Positions 1-11,150 of a DNA stretch of 64,000 nt are shown here, one piece after another. A model generated the notes under the pieces. That model had not been told where the DNA came from, did no database searches, and saw only the letters and a list, made by a program, of their open reading frames with translations. The DNA comes from Blasia pusilla (lineage: Eukaryota). The first letter of the stretch is position 1. Each line of letters starts with the position of its first letter. The position numbers and the translations under genes were made by a program. The stretch covers positions 42,470,001 through 42,534,000 of the forward strand of contig CM114271.1 of NCBI GenBank assembly GCA_050084515.1, in the 5' to 3' direction.

Positions 1-2882
1 GCGGGGCAACAAATGAAGGCAATGGTCTTTGCAAAAGTGTCCCTCTAGGACCTGACTGAGGTCGTGTGTACCCCCACGACTCCCACTACTACTACCACCA
101 CCACTACTAGGAGATTTTGAGGTGGACTGCTGAACACGAGAAGTAGTAGTTGTATCCCTACTGAATACGGATGTCACCACTCTCTCCTCCACCATGTCAA
201 GCTCAATCTTCTCAAATAGAGCAAACACATGGGTCAATGTGGGTGAATCATCACTCATAAGAGTAGCATCACGTACCCTACGGCGCAACTCTCTGTTCAA
301 GATCCCATACCAAAACTGGACTGTCTGAGCCTCAGTCACACCCTGGGTAACTGAAATCAAGCGTCGCATACGAGTTTATGCCTCATGAAGACTCTCACCA
401 ATCTTTCGCTCAAATTCGTGAAGACTCCTCTACTTCTCTGTCTTCACTCCCTGATAGTTCTTCTTCAACCTCTTGAAGAACTCTGCAACCGAGCTGAATG
501 ATGGTGGGGCAATAGTACCTCCACTAGTACCCCCACTGGTACCTCCATGGGTACCTCCACTCGTACCCCCACTACGGCTCGTACTCGTACCACTCAACGT
601 CGGGCTGGCTGGCATAGTAAAAGCACTACTACCAATACCACAAAGGTGATAGACATATAGCCTGGAGACCAATATTGTCTCCACGCCTCAATCTCAGCAA
701 CATGGTCCTTCCTGAACTCATGTTAATCATCCATGGGTGGTCCGTCCAAGTGCTGAAACAACCCCTTCCAAACCAAGAAAGGTGTAAACAACGTGGCGTT
801 CCGCAACATCTGCATATCACACCACGTATCAAACTCAATCGTGCCCAGTGCACTCGAGTATCAACCTCCTCGATCAATCCATACTTTTGGTATCTACACC
901 CATCAAGTGCCAAACTCACCGTCATTATAGAGCGGCTGGCTGGCTTCGCAAATCAGAATGGAATGGATTACTGGCGGACGCAAAATGATTCATAACATGC
1001 CGTATTTCCATGCCGATATTCAAACGTCGAAAGACATAATTTCCTGCCGCGTCATGAACATCTAGCGAAGTTTCGGACTTGTATCGGACCCTAGAAATTT
1101 ATTGACGTTTCGAATCTGAATCACTCCGCCAGAGATGTTTCTTGACTGGAACAAGATCCACCTCAATTCGTGTAGTGGGAGGAATGCATATGGTGGTGGC
1201 GGTGGCGGTGGCCTTGCGTTTCACGAGTGCAACCTAAACTCGATCCGTTTCTGTTGTCCTTGCAACCAAGCATAGATGCAATCCAGACTTATGGATTGTA
1301 TCTGTCTAGAATACCAACCTTGATTCGATAACAATAATTGTCCTCAGCTGCTTCCATGCATGCATAGCTGGAGTCCAGACTCGATAGAAGCAACTTTTTC
1401 GTAATCAATACTCGCGATCAGCCAGGAGGAAACCTACAGCAAGGTCGATCGACGGCAGCAGCGGAGTGGAAAGAGGAATGTGAAACAGTTGGGAATGAGC
1501 CTACATTGCTGAAACTGGAAGTGTATGGCTCCTGGACTCGATCGACTCGTGTTCTTAGCTTACTTTCGTGCACGAATGGCTGGGATCCAGACTCGGTGGA
1601 TGCCCGCTCTGTCTAGTGGAGACTCTCATTCCAACCTGACGAACCATTCCACCGCAAGTTCGATCGAGTGAGCTGCTCCACAGACGGTTTTTCAATTGGA
1701 CGGAATCCAGGCTTCGTAGACGCCCACTCAGTCTACCGTAGGTCTGGCGGGCACTCTCGTTCCGACCCATGCACCGTTCCCACAGCGATGTCGGTCGTGT
1801 GAATGTCTGGGCTGCACTGGCGGCACTGCAAAGCAGCTGCAGCGTTTGCACTCTACATACAAGTGCCACGGACACCTAGTGCATGCCCAATTCCGAGCAC
1901 TCGCTACTCTCGTTTCCCACAGACTGTCCTCGAATCCTCCCTCGCTGGCTGCCCGCCATGAACCGCGTGCAAATATCCGATTCAGCAGTTTGGCATTCGC
2001 GGGCCTGCATTCTACTTACAAACGCCACGGCGCTTCACGGCGCCACGGCCAAGGTTTCGGCGCTAGATATTACTCTACCATTGGTAGTACATCCAAATGC
2101 ACCCTTCAAGTGAGTTTGCTGGGATGTCGATATTACACTTTGTGGATGCCAACTTTTCAGGAGTCGACACCGTAGTTCCCACTAAGTCTACCGCTGCATC
2201 CGCATGTGGATGTCAACTCACCTCTATAAACATTAGGTGCTTTATTCGTGCCATCAATTCTTGTGGCCAAAGTGGAACTTGAGTAAGTGGTGTTGTATCA
2301 GTGAAGGTTACCTACCTTCCACACAAATTTCCTCTTTTAACTTTGGACGTCCGGTTATATCCACTCGGCTTATATCCATTGAACGTGATTGTGTGATCAG
2401 ATAAGGCACCTTTGGCAGGTAGTCAGAGAATTGGCAGTAAATACGCAAGCGAAACTCCGAGGATTTACACTCCCAGATCGAGATCTAGAAGTGACTTACT
2501 GTAGTTACTGAATTTCTGAGAAGAGCTAGAGGTGTGAATAGGGAGGTTGTTGCTATAAAACACGTTGAAGTTGTAGGTGGGTAAATCTTGTGTGAAGAGT
2601 TGGTGTCATCCAAGTACTCTCAATTAACTTTATCCCCGCATGTTATTGTACTTTCACTACTACTTCCTATTAGAAAGAGAAAGATGGGAGGGAATAGAAG
2701 TGTGTGGAAATCACAAACTTATGTGCTCAATTGTCTAGCACCATTCCCAAGAATTAGTTTTCTTTGTGTGTGTGGTGGTGAGTTCACTCATTTTGATCTT
2801 CCTTCTATGAAACGATCAATCAAGAGTCATTATCTCAATTGATCTTCTGATGTTTGTCTTCCAAATCCTCAGGTAGTCGTCA
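1..2882 (-). mobile_element. Ty3/gypsy LTR retrotransposon 5' part (degenerate gag plus probable leader/LTR), truncated by the window edge; same gag lineage as the DNMT-bearing element at 25.6-33.8 kb
   Basis: Minus-strand translation across stops and frameshifts gives EFDTWCDMQMLRNATLFTPFLVWKGLFQHLDGPPMDD and VTQGVTEAQTVQFWYGILNRELRRRVRDATLM. These align by eye with QFRSWCDSQRARNSREFNPFRAWNGMFEHLEGAPMDD and WYVMLERTLRTRVREGMLLM in the gag at 31.6-32.2 kb. Right boundary is approximate. Confidence 0.7.
513..596 (-). repeat. 12-bp tandem repeat encoding (SGGT)n inside the gypsy gag
   Basis: Repeated gtacc(t/c)ccact units; ORF 430..684 reads SGGTSGGTHGGTSGGTSGGT. Confidence 0.8.
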
Positions 2883-2967
2883 CGACCACTACCATTGTTA
2901 AAGAAGCATAACCCTAAACCCATACCTAAACCCATCAGTTATGCTTCTTTAGCAGTTTTCAATGCAT

Positions 2968-3259
2968 TGCTAAAGAAGCATAACTGATGGGAACACTCAC
3001 ACACCACCATGGAGAATAAAATTTGCAATGAGAGAATGAGTGGAGACTCATCCCCTTCTCAATTATATAGGATATGTACAAGCAACCCTAACCCTAACCT
3101 TAACCATAGTCTTGAGTTAGACTAATTGTGATTAACTAAACCTAGTTAAGATAATCGTGCTTTACTGACTAACCAAGATTAAGCTTCCCTACTTCGTGTG
3201 AGTACCAAATGTAGCAGTTCAGGTGTCTCATGAGGTTGACTGTAACTCAATCTTCAATA
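2968..3259 (-). repeat. 3' LTR of the copia element
   Basis: Directly follows the PPT (TGAGGGGGAG); matches 7849-7972 and, in inverted orientation, 34021-34250. Confidence 0.85.
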
Positions 3260-6200
3260 CTCCCCCTCAAACTCATATCGATATCTCTAACGCCTAAATC
3301 ATTTCTAAACATCTCAAACTTATCTCTAGACAATGCTTTTGTAAAGATGTCAACAATTTGTTGATCTGTACTTATATACACAAGATTAATTTCTCTTGTA
3401 AGCACTTTCTCTCTGATAGAATGATAGTGCACCTCAACATGTTTAGTACGAGCATGAAACACAAGATTATTAGCAAGCTTGATGCTATTAATATTGTCTG
3501 CATATATTACACTAGGTCCTAAGTTACTAACACCAATCTCAACAAGTAATCGATGAAGCCACACCGCCTCACATGCTGCATTGGTTGCTCCTCTGTACTC
3601 AGCTTGTCTTGAAGATAAATCAAATGTAGGTTGCTTCTTTGAAGCCCAACTTATAGGTGCGCTTCACAAAGTAAAGGAATAACCAGATGCGGAATGTCGA
3701 TCAGACACGCTTCATGCCCAATCAGCATCTGTGAATCCATGTAATTGAAAACTCGGAGAAGGTTCAAATTGAAGCCCAAATTGAATAGATAATTTCACAT
3801 ACCGCATATTCCTCCTCACAACATCAAGGTCAGGGTTTCGAGGTGCTTGCAAAAACAGGCTCACTAGACCAACAACATAGCTCAAATCTGGTCTGGTATA
3901 GTTAGATATATCAAATTTCTAACCATGCGCCTATACATATTAGAATCTGCAAGTAACTCTTCTTCATCCACTCTTAGCTTCACACTCTTGTTCAACGGTA
4001 TAGAGATTGGCTTACAAGCCTTCATACCTTATTTTGAAAGCATATGAAGAGCATATTGTCGTTGTAATAACCACATGCTCTCTCTAACCTTGATAAACTC
4101 TATACCAAGGAAGTACTTGAATTCTCCCAAGTCCTTCATATCAAATTCTGCTTGTAACTTAAGCTTGACTTGTTGTACCATTTCTTCAATATTCCCAGTA
4201 ATCCTGAGATCGCCAACATACAACACAATGAGAACCGTATGATCTTGTCCTGTTAAGACATATAACGAAGAGTCAGAATCACATATCCTAAAACCCAATT
4301 CTTGTAGGACGTATGTAATCTTGCCATACCAAACTCTTGGAGCTTGTTTAAGCCCGTATAGAGCTTTCTTCAACTTGCATACGCGAAATGGAAACTTGGG
4401 ATGCTCATATCCAGATGGTTGAGTCATATATACCTCCTCGTATAGATCTCCATTCAAGAAGGCATTCTTGATATCCATATGATGTAATCTCCACTTCTTA
4501 CTTATTGCAACTGTAACCACTGTTCTCGTAGTCGCCATCTTTGCAACTGGGCTAAATTTTTCCTCATAATCAATGCCATATTGTTGTTCATAACCCTTAG
4601 CCACCAATCTCGCTTTGTATTTGTTAATTATACCATCTTGATTGCGCTTGATTTTGTAAATCCATTTGCAACCAATAGCTTTTTTACCAGAAGGTTTATC
4701 AACCAGCTTCCATGTCTGTTGTTGTCTCAATGCAGCAAGCTCTTCCTCCATAGCTTCAATCCATTCCACTTTACTTGCAACTTCTTCAAAAAAACTCATC
4801 TCCTGTTCTTGAAGGATAGTCATCATATGTGCATGATGATTCCCAAAGAAACCTTCATTTATGAATCTATGAACTAGATGTGTAACTCTATTTGATCTAC
4901 AAAGTCGTTGTTAAGAGGTAGATGCCTCTGATTCTTGACTCGAGCTCTGACTAGTGTCAACAGACTGGATACGTACTCTTCCCATCCATGGACTCACGGA
5001 TTTAACTGATGAATCTAGGACCTCTGCTAATCTTGCACTAGTACTTGGGGAAGTTGAAGACAATGTTTGTTGGTTTATAGTCATATTCTCCCCCTCAACA
5101 GATGAGTTTAGAGGTGGAATAGGCTCAGATGGAATTAATCAAAGACAATATCCCGACTAATGTTAAGCTGCCTAGAGGATGGAATATAGCACTTGTAACC
5201 CTTAGTTCAATCATCATAGCCTATGAAGATATATCTTTCAGACTTGGGGTCTAATTTCTGATGTTTCTCAGAAGGAACATGAGCATAACAAATACAGCCA
5301 AATACTTTCAAGAAGGAAAAATCAGGTTTACTTCCTATGAAGACTTCGAAAGGATTTTTATCATGAACTCCTGCTCTTGGAGTTCAGTTGATTAACAAGA
5401 CTGCACATGCTATAGCCTCTACACAATACACCTTATGCATGTTCTTCTCATTTAGCATAGCTCGCGCCGCTTCAACAATATGTCGATTCTTCCTCTCAGC
5501 CACTCCATTTTTTTGTGGAGTGTAACGGCAAGTCACTTGATGTTGGATGCTATTCTGACGTAAATAGTCATAAAACTCTGTTGAAAGATACTCTCCTCCT
5601 CCATCACAACGCAATGTCAGAATGTGTTCTCGAATCTGCTTCTCTACTAGAACTCTCAATGTTTGGAACATTGAGAATACCTTTGACTTGGCTTTCAGAA
5701 AGTATACCCATATATACCTAGAGAAGTCATTAATAAATGAAATAAAGTACTGGCAACCACTAAGGCTATGTTGTGATGTTGTCCATACATCATTGTAGAT
5801 CAACTTCAATATCCTGGATGTTCTTCTACCTTGCTTTGGTAAAGGAAATCTAGTTTATTTTCCAAATTGGCAAGCAGGACATACCTTTGACGTAGTATGA
5901 CTCGCTAATTTAGGGAGTCCTATTACTATATTATATGATGAAAGACTCTGTAATCTTTGAAGATTCATAGTCCAATTCTTTTATACCACACATTTAGATG
6001 TGAAACTTGTTGGCCCGTTTGACCATACATTGTTGTTTGAATCTCTGGCATAGAAACATCTAATTTGAACATTGTGCCAGGTCTAGTTCCTTTGGCTATC
6101 GTAGTCAGGTCATCCATTGTTTCAATGAAACAACCATATGCGTTAAACTTCACTTGATAACCCTATTCTACTATATGTCCTACAGAGATCAGGTTTCTTG

Positions 6201-7848
6201 CAATGGTAGGAACATAGAGAACATTTCCAAGAGCACAAAGACCATCTGATGATATTTGAACTTTACCAGTATGCGTGATATGATGGTGAGTGTCATCTCC
6301 TGTGAGCACAATTGCACGATCTTTTACCGGCTCCAAACTGCTAAATGATTTAGCTTGTAAGGTCATGTGATTTGATGCACCAGAGTCAGTGTAACAATCT
6401 GTTGTCGAGTCTTTCTTGACCATTGCTCCCATATGATGAGTCATGACCAAGAGATGTTCCGTTTGTGAATGTTGTTGTTCTTGAAGCAAAAGTTTGCATA
6501 GTGATCCTTTATCTCACAGTAATTGCAAGATCCGGGGACCCTATACTGCTGATCTCGACCCCAATGGTTTCTACCATCACCACCTTGAGATTGTGTCTGG
6601 TACTGGTTCGTAGTTGATTGATTGACGTTATATTGAATGCCTCTTCCTCCATATGCTTGATATCCACCACAACCACCGAAGTTTCTGTCGCGATCCTTGC
6701 CTCTCTTTGATCCATAACCTGCAAATAGCGCACTCTCTTGCAGACTAGACGAGCTACCGCTGCCTACTAGGCGCATATCTTTACTGATTAACAGAGGGAC
6801 TAACTCTTGAAAGGTTGGATACTTCTCTCTCACAGAGATAGAGGTCTCAAAAGACTTGTAATCCTTTGGAAGGCCTTGAAAAGTGAACAAAATGAGATCA
6901 TCATCTTCTACTGTCACTCCAATGCTATTCAACTGATCAACAATATGTTTGATACACAAAATATAATCATTGATGCTCTGCAATCCTTTTCTCACTTTGT
7001 TCAATTGTTATTTCAATTGAAGATTTTTGGCCTTTGTAGATGTCTGGAATATCTTTTTCAATGCATCCCAGGCCTTCTTTGGAACATCAACATTTTGAAT
7101 GTGACCTATCATTGGCAAACTGATCGTTATTGAAAAGTAGTGGATTACTTGCCGTTTGTTCCAAGCGCGAACATTCAAGTCTGTTGAGTCATCTTCTAGC
7201 TTGGCCTCATTACCTGTGACAAGCTCCCACGGTTCTTGATCCATGAAAAATTATTTCATGCGAAACTTCCAAACATTGTAATTCAACTTATCTAGCTTAT
7301 CGCCTGTGATTGCTATTGATGAATACTCCATAACGAACGATTTCACTCATAAAAACATAATTTCAGGCTCTCCTACTACTCCAATTGAAGCATAGACCAC
7401 TCCTACACAGAAATTGATTTGAAATTTGCCAAAATTGATCAACTATAAGAAAGAACTAGTCGAAATTGGCATGTAGATAGCAAACTGTACAACTTTTGTT
7501 CACTAATTGCACTTTCTTACACTGAAATTGCAATTGAAGGAGCTCAGAATGTCAGAGTCGAGAGATTTTGGATACTTTGGAAAGCTCTCGATGAGATCTA
7601 CAAGACGGCTGAAGCATGCTCTTGGAGTTTTTCTAGCTATTGCGGACCTAGATGGCTAAATCAACCTAGAAAGCCCTCAAAAATGCCTCCAAAGTTTTAT
7701 CACCGTCAAAGCTCCACCTGAAATCTGCACCCATTGAGCTCTGAACATAATTTCCTTCTCCCGAAATGAAATTGTGCCTTCTCTTGCCTCTCTTTTCTCC
7801 TGAAACATGAAGAATTTCAAGTGATGTTCTCCTACCGCTGTGATACCA

Positions 7849-7972
7849 TATGGAAAACTGCTAAAGAAGGATAAGCGGTGGGAAACGGCTCTCACACTCA
7901 CACACCACCATGGAGAACGAAATTTGCAATGAGAGAATGAGTGGAGGCTCGTCCCCTTCTCAATTATATAGG
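7849..7972 (-). repeat. Truncated 5' LTR of the copia element
   Basis: Adjacent to the PBS; matches the 3' LTR over ~80-120 bp, then similarity stops abruptly near 7972. Confidence 0.8.
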
Positions 7973-9826
7973 GTACCTGCTTGCTAGCTGCTTGTACAGT
8001 CCAAATGATATAGCCCGGGGCATGTCCAAAATCAGCAGGATGGCACTGGATTTCACCAGCTCTAGAGTGTTTGCCTAATGCATCTTCACCACGTTCGTTG
8101 CATTCTACATGTCCATTTCTACTCAATTTGCACCTTCAATTCCTCCTCTATCTTCCTCGTCTCAAACATCCACGCGTTTTGAACGTTGAGAGAAGATATT
8201 TCCTTGGCTTCTCACAAGCTCGTCCATGGCGATGAATAAGCCAATTTCATTGAGTATCCATCTTTGGATCACTCCGTCTCAAACAGAAAGGTCAATTCTC
8301 TGAAGTTTCTCAAGTCCAACGGAATTAGGGTTCAATGGCAATGAAGGTGCTAGAGGTTGCACAAGGATTTCAACATGGTTCATGCACAACATGGCTGACA
8401 TATAATATCAAGATTAGTAGTCAAGAGATCCACATGGCGATTGCTATTGTGAGTCTCGACAAATCCCTCTAGACTTCACCTCGGATCCTATGCTATAGAT
8501 GAGCATAGCACGGACGTTCTTACCAATAGTGTCACCACTATGCGGCCCTCGTGTTGGTTTTTTTTTAAATCCAAGAAATACTAACAAGGTTTGGAGAAGC
8601 ACTAATATAGCAGAAGACAGTAACATGGCGTGGAGAACATAAGTTAGAGAGCACTGAGATGGGAAGCAACACTACTAATACGAAAAAAAACCTAACTAAT
8701 ACTAACACGGAGTGAGTCAAAATGGCTCACATGTCTATTCTCATCCAATTCACATTACTCTCACCTAATTCACATCCGATTCACATTATTCTCATCTATC
8801 GTTGCAGAAGTTGCGTGTGCACTCCGAATCGACTCCCCAAAATTCCACAAATAATTCGTGGCAACATGCGAAAGAGAAAGATTACCAATTAATATGGATA
8901 GTTATCCAATGTATTCCCTTCAAGTTCCGTTTTTCATACGCATAGTATGTTATATGGATTCTTAGATCTTGCTTGTGTATTTAATGGTTGAGCTTTCCAT
9001 TTTCCACTGCTATAATGAAATATTATCAAAAGCTAACTAATTGTTTTTTCCATTTGGCACAAAAATATGCATTGGTAGATCTTGATCCTAGATCCTCCTA
9101 GTTATGCTTTTTAAGTAGGGCTACATTACCAATGCTATAATTAGCAGTTAAGTGTTGGAACTTAGTCAATTCCATTCTAACTTTTAGGGGAATACCCCTT
9201 AGGTATGGATTCTAGTGGTTATACTTGTGCTCTTCATGTTCGAAAATTAAGTTCTTTGATGTTTGGTGGAACCTTTTACTTAGATTAATGCTCTTACATG
9301 ATATTCTTATCTATCTCGTACGTTACCATTGGCCAAGGGTTTAGGTTTATTTCAATTTAAAGATTAATTTTTTTCTAACTAAGTCTTATAAAACATGTAG
9401 GTTTTTGTAATATTTTAGCATTATCAAAAAAATATCAAGAAATAAATATTACTTGGTATGGCGTTAAAAGAGGGAAATTGATGAGTTTTCAATACTACTC
9501 TACAATATTACTGAAAATTGCATGCATAATAATGAGAAAAATATTACTACAAGTTTCTTAATGGAATTATAGAGAAATCATTTTTCAAAATGAATATGTG
9601 GATGTGATACTTGAATGAAGAGATGAAAACGAAAGTGGTTCAGATCCTACATCCCACAACATTCCATAACATTTCATGTCCAAAAAGAATGAGAAAATCT
9701 TCAACCCCTTGCTATATCTCGACCTTAATTGTGAAAAGTAACATTATTATGCCAAAATATTATAGTGACACACAATTTGATTTCATATCTATTCTCTTGG
9801 AAAATAGAAGTCTTTCGAATTAAACA

Positions 9827-10450
9827 CTAGTAATGTCTTGCCCGCGCGATGCACCGAGTGAGATGATTGGGAATGAAAGGACTCACATATGGAGGATGAT
9901 TATGTGAAATTAGTGGACATATGATGAATAAAGTTTAATTTTTGACAAGATGACAAAAAATAAGAAAGAGAGATTTTTTTTAATAATACATCTAACTTGG
10001 CTCAAGAAAATTTTTCATATATTTTCCTTTATTAATTTTGGAAAAAATATTTTATCCTTGTCCAATCCCCATCTTTCAATAAGTAAAAGAAAATCACTTA
10101 TTTTGATGAATTTTTTCCCCAAAAGAGTGATTAAATTTTTCTCCCAATCTAAATTGAAAATTAAAACGAATATAGAAATAAAATTTCTTCCATTATTTTG
10201 AAGAATAATTATTTTCCCGTTAGTGTCCTATTATCCTTTCCATTTTTTTCCCACAAGGAAAATTAATTTTCCCTCAAAAATGAACTTTAAATTATTTTTT
10301 TATAATTTTTCTGGCATGAACCTTGGAAAATTAATTTTTACTTTTTAAACAAGAAAAGATAATAAAAATGAAAGAGACATTAGAAGATTTCATCGATGCA
10401 GATTTTTTATTCTGGTTTTATTTTAATTAATTTTTAAAATATTAATATAA
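9827..10450 (-). mobile_element. Non-autonomous Helitron (3' end)
   Basis: Minus strand ends ...CTCGGTGCATCGCGCGGGCAAGACATTACTAG|T (GC-rich subterminal hairpin, CTAG, then T). The AT-rich body is homologous to ~48400-48853 in inverted orientation. 5' end not defined. Confidence 0.75.
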
Positions 10451-10943
10451 ACAACCTAATTATTCAAACCTTACCCTCCTTGTTTTCTGTTTAGTATAAG
10501 GTAAAATTAAAAGAAAAAATTGTCATGAATTGGCTTCATGGATAGGTGTCATTCATTCCTTTTATCTCCAAAATGAGCTAAGTCAAAAAGAGCTAGTATG
10601 ATGATGAAATGTAATTATACACGAATGATATGAAAGGTGCCACGGAAATAATTTACCAGAGTGAAAGGGCACACCACAAAATGAAACACAACTTACAAGT
10701 AATGAGCATGACTCCTATATTCCATTGAAAACATTCGAAAATTCATTCATCACCCAAGATAAATAAACTCATCTTGAGTTCAAGTTCTTGCATGTAGTTG
10801 ATATATTATTCTAGGAAAAAAACTTAAGTTCACGAAACAAAGCGCGTGCATTGCAGGTGGAAGATAGCTTGGTGAGAAGTGGATGGCAAGAGTGGCAGTT
10901 CTTCGGATTCCATCGGATTCGGTGGCATCTCGGTTTCATGGCT

Positions 10944-11150
10944 GGTCGCGAGGAATCCTCCTCGCACAGATCTTATGAATTGAGAATTCAAATTCGATGC
11001 TCGGTCGCGACGAATCAGGTTGGCATAGAGCTGCTGGATTGCTAATTTAAACTTCATGGATGGTCGCGAGGAACTATGGCCTCACAGATCTGTCGGACTG
11101 TTAATTTAGGGTTGATGGCCGGTCACGAGAAACCATGGTCTGTTAATTTT
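10944..11150. repeat. Degenerate 59-bp tandem repeat (~3.5 units)
   Basis: GGTC(G/A)CGA core at 10944, 11003, 11062 and 11121 (exact 59-bp spacing), with shared CA(C/T)AGA and AATT submotifs. Confidence 0.75.

Larger units (their letters stand above)
2968..7972 (-). mobile_element. Ty1/copia LTR retrotransposon, near full-length but degenerate (gag-PR-INT-RT-RNaseH)
   Basis: Gag starts near 7331 (KLDKLNYNVWKFRMK); zinc knuckle CNYCEIKDHYANFC; protease DSGASNHM; integrase LRCDGGGEY and TPQKNGVAERKNRH; RT KYKARLVAKGY and LKKALYGLKQAPR; RNase H FHARTKHVEVHYH. PBS 7837-7848 (TGGTATCACAGC, tRNA-iMet-like), PPT 3260-3269, LTR homology between ~2993-3071 and ~7893-7972. Many stops and frameshifts. 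Confidence 0.95.

Noticed and set aside
2909-3105. Telomere-like CCCTAA(A) motifs
   Set aside because: Only two or three scattered units within or next to the LTR; not an interstitial telomeric array.
10944-11150. CRISPR-like reading of the 59-bp array
   Set aside because: The core is only ~8-11 bp, the intervening segments are related to each other, there are no cas genes and the context is eukaryotic.
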